IMG/VR virus record: IMGVR_UViG_3300037541_000797 | DNA length: 64,000 bases | Direction: 5' to 3' (one strand) | From: an uncultured virus (IMG/VR IMGVR_UViG_3300037541_000797) | Taxonomy: Duplodnaviria > Heunggongvirae > Uroviricota > Caudoviricetes | In this document: positions 20,503-30,508 of the stretch, piece by piece | How the letters are laid out: each line of letters starts with the position of its first letter | Numbering within the stretch: position 1 is the stretch's first letter | The notes under the pieces: model-generated | Database searches by the model: none | What the model was told of the DNA's origin: nothing | Seen by the model: only the letters and a program-made list of their open reading frames with translations | Program-made: the position numbers and the translations under genes

Positions 20503-20972
20503 AGGGGCACGTTTCCGGTTGGGGGCAGGTTGCCCACCATGGCCTGGGTAAGGCGCAGGCGGGGGATTTCGTAGCCCACGGCCGCCAAGGGGCTTCCGAG
20601 GCTAATGCTAACTTTTTCTACGCCATTGTGGCCAACTGCCAATATTTCAAATGTATCCTTCATCCAAAGGCTTACAGGTTCCAGGGGCTCGCCATCGAGC
20701 CAAACGGTGCTGATTTCCGCCAGCCACCGATCATTGGCGGCGGTGCCAAAAACCGTAAGGCTCAACTCATTCAGCGCCATCAGCAAAGAGCCACTCACCG
20801 CCGATGCAGATGCGTCAGTGCTGCCGCCTGAGTAGCCAAATCCCGCGTAAACATAATTTTCACCGCTCCAAATTAGGGTGCGACCTGCCGCAAAATTCTG
20901 AAACCTGTAGCCGGTGGGAGAGCCACTTGGAAACAATAACTTCAGGAACGAGCCAATAGCGGGAGCACTCAT
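20499..20972 (-). CDS. Minor tail protein
   Basis: Follows tape measure; YRFQNF...YVYAGF. Confidence 0.6.
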   Translation of the reverse strand: MSAPAIGSFLKLLFPSGSPTGYRFQNFAAGRTLIWSGENYVYAGFGYSGGSTDASASAVSGSLLMALNELSLTVFGTAANDRWLAEISTVWLDGEPLEPVSLWMKDTFEILAVGHNGVEKVSISLGSPLAAVGYEIPRLRLTQAMVGNLPPTGNVPL

Positions 20973-23900
20973 TAACGTATCCCCGGAATCCTGGTTTCAT
21001 TGCGTATAGCTTTACGCCACTGCTGATCGGCTTCTCGCCTTGCCTGCCGCCGCACTTCCTCTGCTGATTGCGCAACACCCTGCCGGAACTGCTCCTCTGT
21101 TACAAATGGCAAATCACCGCTGCCGATGCGCTCATATGTCACTGCAACTGGGTTGGCCTTGCTGGTCGCCGCCTGGTAATTCTCCTCCATCGCATTGAGC
21201 GATGTTGATAGTGCCTGGTTTCTCTCCATTGCATTAAGTGATGTTGCCAATACCTGAGATGTGTCTGATTTATTGCTGCTCCGGCCGGCCGCTTCCCAGC
21301 TATCCAGACCCAGGGGGGCCTTAAGGGCTACATCAATCGCCTTGCCATTGGGCAGCGGAATCACCGCTTCCCTGCCATGCAGCTCCGCCAGATAGCCGCT
21401 GTTGGGGCCGTTGGAGATGCCGCCCACCCGGTAGCTGCGCAGGGCCTCCATCCCGGAGGGGGTGAGGATGCCGCCGTTGCGGGCAAAGCCCTTGATTGAT
21501 GGCACAAATCCGCTCATGGCGTCACCGCCGGTGAGGCCCGGCAGGTCAAATTTGCCCAGGAAGCTGTCTTCCATAGATGGAAACAGGCTGTCAACGCCAC
21601 CGCCAATAGATCCCAGTGCCGCGCCCGCCACACCCTTGATCAGGCTGGCCCAGATACCGCCACCACCGCCACCGCCAGCCCCAGCTGCGGCCATGGTGGC
21701 GGCCTGCAAATTCATGTTGGCCGCCGTGATTTGCACACTGGCGGCACCTGTGTTCTGGGTGGCGGCCACCAACTGTTCAGCGATCAGCTTGCTGTTCATG
21801 CCAGAGAGCAGCTCAAACAAGCTTTTGGTGAGCATGGTTTCCAGAGGCCGCAGCAGGGCATCCAGGGCGGTGGCTGTGGCTCGATCAAATGCACTGGTGA
21901 GGGCTTCTGCCACGGCGCCCCGCACATCGCCGCCCTTCATTGCCGCCGTGAAACTGCCGCGAATGGCCCCGCTCAACCCACCCACCAGGCTGTCGGTGGT
22001 GCCGGCGGCCAGTTGACCCCGGGGGCTTTGCAGCACCCGGTCTTTGGCCGCGGCTTTGCGGCGCTCAAAATCGAACCGGGCTTGAGCCTCCGCATCGCCC
22101 ACCGCCATGGCATCGCGTTGCGCCTGCCGCCCCTGCCGCGTCTCTGGCATCAGGGTGTCGCGCAATGTATTGATTCGGCTGGTTATGTCCGCAAAGCTCT
22201 GCTCAAGCCGCTCCATTGCGTAAATGTTTTCGTTGATGCTGTTGTCCAGGCTTGTGCCCCCCTGGCCGGCGGGCGCGGGCAGGATTGGAGCGGTGGGCAT
22301 GCCAGCCGCGGCCTGGGGCGTGGCCCCCCGTAACTGCGCCAGTTGGTTGTCATAGAAGCGCTTGAGATCACCAAATTTCTTCACCGGCTGGCCGTAGAAG
22401 CTTTTGCCAGCCATGGTGGGGAAACTCGCCCATTCAGGCGCCAATTTGTTGGCCAGCTCCGGTGTGAAGCGGCCCTGATCGGCCAGGGCCAGGGCGCCAC
22501 GCCCCTTGATCAACTGCATGGCGCCCTGATCTTGAACCTGCGGGCCAAATTGCTTCAGGCCCATGGCCTGGGCTACGGAGCGCCAGGTGGTGGTCAGAAA
22601 CTGGTAGGCACCGGCGGCAGTGCTGGAGAAGCCGCCGGCACTGTTCACCTTGTCTGGATGGCGATCCAGGTTGTTCATCAGGCCGCCGCCGAGCATGGTG
22701 CGGTAGCCCCTGTCGCTGCCATTGGCCCAGGTGCCCTCCGCATAGCGAATGGTGTTTAGCAGGGCCCGCCGTTCTGGGCTGATGCCAAACATGCTGCCCG
22801 CCGCCGGCTGCACCATCCCCGCCCTGCCGCCGGCCGTCCCCACCTGCGCACCGCTGAGGCCATCCCTGGTGCGACTGAGCCCCAGAAGTTCCTTGGTGGC
22901 CTTTAGCTGCAACAGCTGCGCGGCCATGCCGCCTCGTTGAATTTCAAGTTGCAGCATGGCGATCCGCTCCTCTGATTCCTCGCGCCACTGCTGGATTTGC
23001 AGTTGGCGGTTGGCTGCGGCCTGTTCCGCCTTGAGCTGTCTTTCCTTTGCATCCCACAGGGCCTTGGTGGCTTCTGCGGCATTGACAAAGCCGGTGCGCC
23101 CCAGTGCCAGGGCTTCTATCTGGGCACCGATCACCGCCTCCACGCTGCGGGGATTGCGCTGAGCATTGGCTTGGGCCTCCGCCAATCCCACCAGCCGCTC
23201 GGCGGCTTTCACGTTGGCATCGGCAACCGCCTTGCTCAATTGAGCCCGGCGGTTTTCCACCTCGGCCAATTTGCTCATGTTCTCGAGCGCCAGCTGCTGC
23301 TGTTCCACCGTTCGGGTTTGGTTGTCCGCTATCGCTTTCTGCTGCTGGGCCTGAGCCTCCTGCTCATTTTTGATCGCCTGCTCCTTCTGGTTGAGCACGC
23401 TGAGCTGGCGCTGTTGCTCCAGCGTCAGCTGGGCCGACTGGCTTTGGATGTCCAGGCCCTGCTGCTGAATATTGAGCCGCTGCTGCTCCAGGCCGTTGAT
23501 TTGGCGTAGTTGGCCTTCATTTTCAAAGGCCAGGCCCACCGCTCTTTGTGCCGCGGCCACCTGCCGGCCAATGATTTGGCCAACATCCTGATACTGCTTA
23601 ACAACCTTGTCCGCCGCCTGCCGCTCCACACTACCTGCCGCAAAATTGCGAGCTTTAAGATAATATTGTGTATATACCAAATCATTTTTCTGTTTTTCTA
23701 CCAACAATTGGGCGACTTGAATTTTAAGCTGCTCCTGCTGGATGGCTGCCTGGCGGATGCTGATCTGTAGCTGCTGCTGCTGAATGCTGCGCTCGCTTTG
23801 CAATGCTTCTCGCCGTTCGTTGATGCGCTGCTGTTCTTGGCGGCCAGCGAGCTCATTTCGCCTATCGTCCGCCAGCTGCTTGGCCTCAGGAGAAGAAGCC

Positions 23901-26065
23901 AGTGAAACGTTGAAATCGGCCCGCTTGCGCTCCAGCCCCCGGCGTCCTTCGGCCAGTTCATTCAGGGCCTGCTGCACAGATTTTTGAGCATTGAGCAGCT
24001 TGAGCCCCTGCTCCAATGCCGTGATCTCATTTTTGTACTGCTTTTCCTTCAGCTCTGCAATTTCTTTAGATATTTTGAATCGCTTTTCTTCTGGAATTAG
24101 GCCTTCATAGCGCTTGGCCAGCTCCTGATCCATCTGACGCGCCAATGGGCTCGGAGCAATGCTGCGCAGTGTGACATCACTCTGATCGCCAATCGATTTA
24201 TCAAATTCTGCCTGAACATCTTTTTGCTTGTTGAGTATCTCCGTGTCGGTGAGGCCCCTGGCCTTGCCATCCAGCCAGGCGGCGGCCTTGGCCGCTTCAA
24301 CGAAAGGCTTTGCGATGGTGATCGACAGCTTTTCGCAGTTGGCGATCAAAGAGTCTAGTGTTTTGTTTATATTGTCAAAGCTTGAGCCGGCTTGGGATTG
24401 GCCCTGCAAACTTATAATTCGGTAGAATGTGCTGATGGGCCGCAGCACTGCCGAAACCAGGCTGGCTATCAGCTGTAAACTCTTGGCCACGAAGGTAAGC
24501 ACTGACGCAAGATGTTGCATGGCGGGCATGACTGCCGACCCAAAGGCATTGTTAAACAACGCCCCAAAGTCAAAAATTATCTGCAGCAAAGACGAGAAAA
24601 TTGACAGTACGGAAATAGCTGCCGATCCCACCTGCCCCAGGTGGCCAAATATCGGCTCCAGTAACTCCCCCAAGCCCCGCAGCATGCCCATGAAGGTGCC
24701 TTTCAGAGCATTGAGCGGCGTCAGGATGGTTTGCAGCATGCGAGCCAGGCCTCGCTCCAGGGCCTGGCCGCCGCCGGTGCTGATTGATTCAAATACATCC
24801 GCAAAATTGCTTTTAACATTGGTCATCGACAGGGCCAATACCTTTTGGCCGTCGTATAGTTTCTCTAGCTTTTGCATCAAGTCATCGTAGTATTTACCTT
24901 CTGCCTGCAGCCGCCGCACCTGTTCGCCAGCGCCTTTGCCGTAGAGCTTTTGTGCTAGCTGGTCATACATCTGGATGTCACCAGACAGCAAACTCCCCAC
25001 CTCCGTTCGCAGTTGCTGGCCGGGGAGGTTTAGCGTATTCATTGCCGCAGCAATGCGTGTACTCAGTTTCGTGATATTAGAAATATTTTCGCCAGCAGCG
25101 CCCAATCCTGAGTTGTTTTGCAGGATAATGTTAAATGCTTCGTAGATTTGCGATGATGTGGCGCCGCTGATTACAGCAACTTCCTTTTGGATCGCCTTGA
25201 ATTCTTTGACCACCCGACCCCGCAGAGCTCGCATTTGATTGGCGGTGCCTTCTATTACCTGCCCATCGGGGCCAATCACTGCAAACGATTGCGCGGTGAA
25301 AATACTGGCCTCTGCTACCTGTTCGTTGAATTTGCCGGCAGCGCCGGCCAGGGCCTCCATGGGGCCAATTACGGCATTGATGGCCATTCCTAGCCCGTAA
25401 AAAATGGTCTGGGCCCCCAGTGCCGCCACGCCTATCTGTTGCAGGACCCCCAGGGCCTGGCTGGCAGCGGGCATGAAGCGCTCGACGCCTTGGCGCAGAC
25501 TTGCGAACCATTGGCCGCCGCCACCATCGCCGCCTTGGCTGGCAGCCGGCGGCAACAGAGGCGGCCCGCCGCTGCGGCCGCCAGATCCGCCGCCGCTTCC
25601 TCCAGCCGCCGGCAGCGGCAAAGGAGGCTGTCTGCCGCCGCCACCGCTGCCGCCGCCAGCGCCCAGGTCGCGCACTGCCACAGGCGTTGCCAGCAGCGAT
25701 CTGTTTGCCGCCGCCAGGGCCATTACAGCGGTGGCGGCGGTGCTGGCATTGGCGGCCACGATCGCCATGGTGTTGCCAAATTGCTGCCAGCCCGCGCCAC
25801 CGCCCGCCGGGCCCCGGGGCATGGAGCCCATGGCTGCATTCAGCCGGTCCACATCTACCCGCAGGCTGCCCACCTGGCGCCTGAGGCCATCAATTTGGTT
25901 ACTGGCCTGGCTGGTATCTGCGCCAAGCTTTACGGCGACCGTCTCCTGGGCAAAACGCTTGGCATCGCGCATTGCGGAAGCAATCTCTTTATCCAGCGCC
26001 GATCGATCGCCGTAGAGCCGCAATACGGCTGAGCCCAGGCTGATCTCACCCCCTTCTGCCATCAC
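20972..26065 (-). CDS. Tape measure protein with internal lambda-R-like lysozyme domain
   Basis: 1697 aa helical/coiled coil; RALLNTIRYAEGT...STAAGAYQFL..TW...LAPEWASFP...YGQP at ~22340-22775. Confidence 0.9.
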   Translation of the reverse strand: MMAEGGEISLGSAVLRLYGDRSALDKEIASAMRDAKRFAQETVAVKLGADTSQASNQIDGLRRQVGSLRVDVDRLNAAMGSMPRGPAGGGAGWQQFGNTMAIVAANASTAATAVMALAAANRSLLATPVAVRDLGAGGGSGGGGRQPPLPLPAAGGSGGGSGGRSGGPPLLPPAASQGGDGGGGQWFASLRQGVERFMPAASQALGVLQQIGVAALGAQTIFYGLGMAINAVIGPMEALAGAAGKFNEQVAEASIFTAQSFAVIGPDGQVIEGTANQMRALRGRVVKEFKAIQKEVAVISGATSSQIYEAFNIILQNNSGLGAAGENISNITKLSTRIAAAMNTLNLPGQQLRTEVGSLLSGDIQMYDQLAQKLYGKGAGEQVRRLQAEGKYYDDLMQKLEKLYDGQKVLALSMTNVKSNFADVFESISTGGGQALERGLARMLQTILTPLNALKGTFMGMLRGLGELLEPIFGHLGQVGSAAISVLSIFSSLLQIIFDFGALFNNAFGSAVMPAMQHLASVLTFVAKSLQLIASLVSAVLRPISTFYRIISLQGQSQAGSSFDNINKTLDSLIANCEKLSITIAKPFVEAAKAAAWLDGKARGLTDTEILNKQKDVQAEFDKSIGDQSDVTLRSIAPSPLARQMDQELAKRYEGLIPEEKRFKISKEIAELKEKQYKNEITALEQGLKLLNAQKSVQQALNELAEGRRGLERKRADFNVSLASSPEAKQLADDRRNELAGRQEQQRINERREALQSERSIQQQQLQISIRQAAIQQEQLKIQVAQLLVEKQKNDLVYTQYYLKARNFAAGSVERQAADKVVKQYQDVGQIIGRQVAAAQRAVGLAFENEGQLRQINGLEQQRLNIQQQGLDIQSQSAQLTLEQQRQLSVLNQKEQAIKNEQEAQAQQQKAIADNQTRTVEQQQLALENMSKLAEVENRRAQLSKAVADANVKAAERLVGLAEAQANAQRNPRSVEAVIGAQIEALALGRTGFVNAAEATKALWDAKERQLKAEQAAANRQLQIQQWREESEERIAMLQLEIQRGGMAAQLLQLKATKELLGLSRTRDGLSGAQVGTAGGRAGMVQPAAGSMFGISPERRALLNTIRYAEGTWANGSDRGYRTMLGGGLMNNLDRHPDKVNSAGGFSSTAAGAYQFLTTTWRSVAQAMGLKQFGPQVQDQGAMQLIKGRGALALADQGRFTPELANKLAPEWASFPTMAGKSFYGQPVKKFGDLKRFYDNQLAQLRGATPQAAAGMPTAPILPAPAGQGGTSLDNSINENIYAMERLEQSFADITSRINTLRDTLMPETRQGRQAQRDAMAVGDAEAQARFDFERRKAAAKDRVLQSPRGQLAAGTTDSLVGGLSGAIRGSFTAAMKGGDVRGAVAEALTSAFDRATATALDALLRPLETMLTKSLFELLSGMNSKLIAEQLVAATQNTGAASVQITAANMNLQAATMAAAGAGGGGGGGIWASLIKGVAGAALGSIGGGVDSLFPSMEDSFLGKFDLPGLTGGDAMSGFVPSIKGFARNGGILTPSGMEALRSYRVGGISNGPNSGYLAELHGREAVIPLPNGKAIDVALKAPLGLDSWEAAGRSSNKSDTSQVLATSLNAMERNQALSTSLNAMEENYQAATSKANPVAVTYERIGSGDLPFVTEEQFRQGVAQSAEEVRRQARREADQQWRKAIRNETRIPGIR

Positions 26066-26080
26066 CGCAAGCCCTATGGC

Positions 26081-26563
26081 TCAGTCTGCTGGTTTCAGCG
26101 TCCCTGCCAAATCGTCAGCCAGCAGGGCGATCACCGGCATCGGCAGGCGGCGCTGACGAATTAACTGATGCAGCGTGGCCAATGCCTCTGATGGCAGCCG
26201 CGGCCGGCCATCAATGTTTTCTACCAGGAACGGCAGAAACTGGGTGTAATCGCCCTGGCCTTTGCCGCCGCTGCCAATTGCCAGCACCAAAGAGGCCAGC
26301 TGGGCGGTGGTGTGGCTCGCCAGGTTGGCGCGGCGCCGATCCTGTTCATCGAGCCATTCAATGGCCGCCAGGATGTGGCGCACCGGTTGACGGCCGAATT
26401 GATCGGCATGGAAGCGCGGATCATGCAAATCTGAACTCACCAGCCGCCAGTAGTAGCGGTTCCAATCCACTGGCGGCTGCTCCAGGTAGCGCCGCAGTTC
26501 AGCTATGCGTTCGTTGATGCTGGCGGGCTGGCTTCTTTGTCCTTGGCCGCCGGTGCGTTTCCC
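26081..26563 (-). CDS. Tail assembly chaperone GT extension (reached by -1 frameshift)
   Basis: -1 frame is open from the heptamer at 26563-26557 into ORF 26081..26470. Confidence 0.75.
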   Translation of the reverse strand, partial: GKRTGGQGQRSQPASINERIAELRRYLEQPPVDWNRYYWRLVSSDLHDPRFHADQFGRQPVRHILAAIEWLDEQDRRRANLASHTTAQLASLVLAIGSGGKGQGDYTQFLPFLVENIDGRPRLPSEALATLHQLIRQRRLPMPVIALLADDLAGTLKPAD

Positions 26564-27069
26564 GGTTTGCCGCCGCTGGCCTCCCGGCCAAGGAAGGCCA
26601 GGATGCCCTCTCTAATTCTGCCGGGCAGTTGACGGCTATCGCTGTCCTCCCAGCGGCCCAGGGGCAGCCAGTCGCCGTCTGGGTTCTGCACGGAGCCCCT
26701 GGCCCGGAGCACCACCGTGAGCATGCGGGTTTGCTGTTCGGCCTGGGCTGGCATCACGGCCGCCACCGCCGCGAGCCCACCCGGACCGCCGTACTTCATC
26801 AGCAGGGCGACCTTGGGTGGTGTAGCCAATGCGGGGTTGGTCAACAACTCCATCGCCTCATCGGCCGTATGGCCGCTATCTGGATGCTCGCCGATGGCCC
26901 GGGCCATCTCGTTCATCTCCAGCAGCGCATTGGCGCTTTCGCGGTTCTGGCGCTCGTACTCCTCGATTTCGCCTCCGAGCAGGTCGTCATAGCGCCTCAA
27001 ACGGATTGCCCCGAACTGCTCAAAGTGCTGGGCGAAGCTCTCGAAAACCAGGGCGCTGGCCGATGTCAT
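26503..27069 (-). CDS. Tail assembly chaperone G
   Basis: Between major tail and tape measure genes; G GGA AAC near the 3' end. Confidence 0.8.
   Translation of the reverse strand: MTSASALVFESFAQHFEQFGAIRLRRYDDLLGGEIEEYERQNRESANALLEMNEMARAIGEHPDSGHTADEAMELLTNPALATPPKVALLMKYGGPGGLAAVAAVMPAQAEQQTRMLTVVLRARGSVQNPDGDWLPLGRWEDSDSRQLPGRIREGILAFLGREASGGKPGNAPAAKDKEASPPASTNA
26557..26563 (-). other. Programmed -1 ribosomal frameshift site GGGAAAC
   Basis: X XXY YYZ in the correct phase (CCG GGA AAC). Confidence 0.8.
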
Positions 27070-27077
27070 AGAGGCAT

Positions 27078-27338
27078 TCAGGAAAGTGGACGGTAGGGCA
27101 AATCCACTGCATACACTTTAGCCGGGTTGCTGCCATTCACACAGCGTGATGGCAACATCACGGCGCAGCGGTCGCCCTGGTAGTCGGCTTCGCTGGTGAG
27201 CTGTGCCCAGGCCTCGGGGAACCCTGGCAGCACAACCATCAGCGCGGCTTGAATGCGGCCGTTGGCCACGGTGCAGTGGATTAAAAACACCCCCCCCTCG
27301 CCATGGGCCAGGAGGGGGTAGAAGCCTGGGTCCTGCAC
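27078..27338 (-). CDS. Hypothetical protein
   Basis: 86-aa ORF filling the gap in the tail operon. Confidence 0.55.
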   Translation of the reverse strand: MQDPGFYPLLAHGEGGVFLIHCTVANGRIQAALMVVLPGFPEAWAQLTSEADYQGDRCAVMLPSRCVNGSNPAKVYAVDLPYRPLS

Positions 27339-27344
27339 TCAGGA

Positions 27345-28364
27345 TCAGGCGGTGCGGAAGGTGGTGGAGAAGCCCTGCAGCGGCCGGCGGATGCCGCTGG
27401 CCGAGGGGTTGCCGCTGGCATCAAGGCTTTGGTTGATGGCGCCATCGGCCACCCGCAACCGCAGGATCGTGGCGGCCGGCAGGGACGCTGTGGGGGTGAT
27501 GGTGATCACGTTGTTGCTGCCGCCGCCCAGGGCCACACCGGCGGAGATTTGCACGCCAGAGCTGGCATTTTCCAATCGGAAACCGCCGCCACCTGCGGGG
27601 GGCAGCGATAGCTGGGTGAGGGCAGTGGTGCCATCGGTGGTGTAGGTGATCGTGATTGCGCTGGACACCACCACGGCCGAGGCGTTATCCAGCGGCACCA
27701 CAGCCCAACGGCGGGTGCCGCTGACGCGATCGGTGCTCAGCTGGCTGCTCTGCAGCGCACCGATGCTCAGTGGCGTGCTGCCGGAGTCGTAGCGGCCAAA
27801 CACCGGGCGCCCCCGCGACATGAATTCGCCGCTGATCGTGGACAGGCCTTGGCTGTCGCCGCCATCGCTATAGCCACGGAATACGCCATTGAAGCCAGCA
27901 TAGTCATAAATAAAATTCCCGGTGGCGCCATTGGCGCGGCCCATTTCCTTAAGCAGCTCGATATAAACCTCAAAATCCAGATCAGAGCGAGATCGTTCAA
28001 TGATCGCAAAATCTTCCGAATAATTGCCCCGAAACTCTGGGGCGGCGGCGCCGCCTGGTAGCTCGATATTGCGCATAAAGTAGCTTTCGTAGCTGGCGGA
28101 GACTTTGCCGCCGGTGGTTACCGAATCGGCCCAGCCATCTTCCCCGAACAGGCGGAATTCGTTTTCATTCGCGTCAACTTTAAACGAGAACTTAGTCATC
28201 CCCTGCATTTCGATGTAGCTGTCACCTGTCACCAAGGTGGGCAGCGTAATCATGCCGGCGGCATCCCGCACGGCGTAGTAGCGGTTGGGCAGGGTCAAGG
28301 GGATGGCCCTGATCAGGGAGCGGGAGGCCTTGTGAAAAGAGCCGCCAATTGCAAAATCAGCCAT
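27345..28364 (-). CDS. Major tail protein with C-terminal Ig-like domain
   Basis: Synteny; C-terminal VVPLDNA..V..SSAITITY...NVITITP..SL (Big_5-like). Confidence 0.75.
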   Translation of the reverse strand: MADFAIGGSFHKASRSLIRAIPLTLPNRYYAVRDAAGMITLPTLVTGDSYIEMQGMTKFSFKVDANENEFRLFGEDGWADSVTTGGKVSASYESYFMRNIELPGGAAAPEFRGNYSEDFAIIERSRSDLDFEVYIELLKEMGRANGATGNFIYDYAGFNGVFRGYSDGGDSQGLSTISGEFMSRGRPVFGRYDSGSTPLSIGALQSSQLSTDRVSGTRRWAVVPLDNASAVVVSSAITITYTTDGTTALTQLSLPPAGGGGFRLENASSGVQISAGVALGGGSNNVITITPTASLPAATILRLRVADGAINQSLDASGNPSASGIRRPLQGFSTTFRTA

Positions 28365-28373
28365 GGTGGATAC

Positions 28374-28814
28374 CTAGGTGAGGGGGAGTGGTTGGATGGT
28401 CACCGCATCGGGCAGCTCTACGGTGAGCTGCTCGTACAGGTCGTCGGTCAAAGGCCGCGGCCGCCGCTGCGCATCCGGGTAGGCCCGGAACAGCAGCAGA
28501 TCAATTGCGTCCAGGCTTTGAGATGTGTCGTAGCTGGTGAGGGTGAGCGTCCAGCGGCGCAGGGCATGGATGGTGCCCACGCCCCCCAGCGACTGGCGCA
28601 CTGGCCGGCGGTTGAGGATGCACTCAATCCCCTCGATCTGCCAATCAGGAGGTGTGCGGTCTTGGCCTTTGCCCCCACCGGTGATCCAAAATGCCGGCTT
28701 GGTGTCGCCCGACGGGAGCTGGTAAAAACCCAGCTGATCGCCAAACAGCGCCAGCAGCTCAGCCCGCAACTGCAACAGGGTGGGGCCCCGTTCAATCAGC
28801 TGGTTACTGCTCAT
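28374..28814 (-). CDS. Tail terminator-like protein
   Basis: Synteny and size. Confidence 0.55.
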   Translation of the reverse strand: MSSNQLIERGPTLLQLRAELLALFGDQLGFYQLPSGDTKPAFWITGGGKGQDRTPPDWQIEGIECILNRRPVRQSLGGVGTIHALRRWTLTLTSYDTSQSLDAIDLLLFRAYPDAQRRPRPLTDDLYEQLTVELPDAVTIQPLPLT

Positions 28815-29221
28815 GGGCCCGGCCTCCGGCGCATGGCAAGGGCATAGCGCTTGCGCACATAGGCCTGGATTTTTTCACGCTGATAGAGCACCGGCCGGGT
28901 CCAGGGGCGGGCCGGCATGGTGCGCAGGTTGCCCCGGGCATCCGGGCGCCTGAACACCGCCCCGTCATGAACCGCAGCGGCGTATTCAGTGGCCCACTTG
29001 AATTCCACCAGGATGCGGCCATCGCTTTCCACGGTGGCTGGTTCCACCCGCAGCGATTTGGCCAGGTTGCCGGTGTCAACGATGTCCCGAGGGGATGGTT
29101 GGTTGGGCCAGGCCCATTTCTCGGCGCGAATCTCATCGGTGAATTTTTTGGCCAGGAAGGCAGCCAGACCGTTGAAGGTTTCCTCCAGCGCCTCATCCAG
29201 CTGTTGCAGTTGGATTGCCAT
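28811..29221 (-). CDS. Neck/tail-completion protein (HK97 gp10-like)
   Basis: IVDTGNLAKS...YAAAVHDG...MPARPW. Confidence 0.75.
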   Translation of the reverse strand: MAIQLQQLDEALEETFNGLAAFLAKKFTDEIRAEKWAWPNQPSPRDIVDTGNLAKSLRVEPATVESDGRILVEFKWATEYAAAVHDGAVFRRPDARGNLRTMPARPWTRPVLYQREKIQAYVRKRYALAMRRRPGP

Positions 29222-29625
29222 CAGCTGCCCCCCAACAGGCGGAATGTGCCCTGCACGCGCTGCCGCAGGTGCTGCTGCAACGCGGCCGGTGCCGTTAGAT
29301 CCAGCGTCAGCTCCAGCCGGCCCTGATGACCATTGATCACGGCCTCTGCCTGCGCCCCATTGCCAATCCGCGAATCGAACTGAGCTGGATTGAGCAGCTG
29401 GCCCGTCACTGAATAGGCGGTCATGTCCGCCCCGGGTTGACTGGTGTGGTTGGGGCTGCGCAGCTGCAGGGCCGCCTGATAAATCAAGCGGTCCTGGCGG
29501 GGCACCGGGTTACCCGTTTCCGGGTCGTCCACGGTGGTGAGGCCACTCACCAAAAAGGTGAGCGTGGCATTGCCCCAGGCGCCCCATGGGTTGCCGTTGG
29601 TGGTGGCGGCCAGGGTGCTGTTCAT
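29221..29625 (-). CDS. Head closure protein
   Basis: Start reassigned to ATG 29625 (MNSTLAA); DDPETGN motif; synteny. Confidence 0.55.
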   Translation of the reverse strand: MNSTLAATTNGNPWGAWGNATLTFLVSGLTTVDDPETGNPVPRQDRLIYQAALQLRSPNHTSQPGADMTAYSVTGQLLNPAQFDSRIGNGAQAEAVINGHQGRLELTLDLTAPAALQQHLRQRVQGTFRLLGGS

Positions 29626-29945
29626 CAGAACACAAAACCAGTGGTGGGTAGCGTTTTGCGCAGCGCCTCGTACTGCTGGCCGTAGAAGGTGGCGCTGCTG
29701 CCCTCCTGGTTGTTGCCGCCGCTGATACCAGTCACCGGCTGGCCCACCATGGCTCCAATCTCCCGGTGGCGCAGATCCACCAGGTGGGCGGCGTAGTAGC
29801 CAGCCCCGGCTTCCGCAATGTCGCCCCACACAGCATCGGGGCAGATGATTGCCCCCATCTCCAGGGCATGCTCCAGCACCGGCACCGGATGAATTCCCAG
29901 CTCCGGAAAGCGCTCCAGGAAAACGGTCAGGGTGGGAGCGGCCAT
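29625..29945 (-). CDS. Head-tail adaptor (DUF4054-like)
   Basis: Start ATG 29945; FLERFPE...YYAAHL...ATFYGQQY. Confidence 0.75.
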   Translation of the reverse strand: MAAPTLTVFLERFPELGIHPVPVLEHALEMGAIICPDAVWGDIAEAGAGYYAAHLVDLRHREIGAMVGQPVTGISGGNNQEGSSATFYGQQYEALRKTLPTTGFVF

Positions 29946-30457
29946 CAGCCCTGGCCCGCCTTGATGGCGTTGATTTTGCGCTGAATCGCCTGGCGCACGG
30001 CATGGCGCTCTTCTATGGGCTGCCAGGTCTGCAGCTGTTTCAGATCGCGGCAGACATGCACCAGCCGCAGGGCCTGTTTCTCCTCCACCCCCTTCAGGGC
30101 GGTCACGCCAGCGGCGGCGGTGTCGCCCACGCCGTTGCCCTCCAGCGGGATCACCTCCAGTGCCCGCAGGGTGTTCAGCTGTTGCACGGCCGGCAGCTCC
30201 TGGAGGCGCTGCCACAGATCGGCATCAATGCCAAAATTGAGGCCCGGCTCCAGGCTGAGCCGCTCAAATTCGCCGATCGAATTGATAACGCTGATCGCAA
30301 ACGCTCCGGGCGGCACGCTGGCGGTAACGGCATCGATCACCTCAGGGGTGTAGGCAATTGCCAGGGTGCCGGTAGCCGCCGACTGGTCGGCCGGCGGGGC
30401 CGCCGCTTTGACGGCGGCGGCAGGAGTGATTGGGCTGGTCAAGGTAGCAGAGGCCAT
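29945..30457 (-). CDS. Hypothetical head-module protein
   Basis: 170-aa ORF following the capsid gene. Confidence 0.6.
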   Translation of the reverse strand: MASATLTSPITPAAAVKAAAPPADQSAATGTLAIAYTPEVIDAVTASVPPGAFAISVINSIGEFERLSLEPGLNFGIDADLWQRLQELPAVQQLNTLRALEVIPLEGNGVGDTAAAGVTALKGVEEKQALRLVHVCRDLKQLQTWQPIEERHAVRQAIQRKINAIKAGQG

Positions 30458-30508
30458 GGGCGGTTGCTGGAGTGGTGGTGGTGCGGTCGCGTCAGGGAGC
30501 AGGCACGA

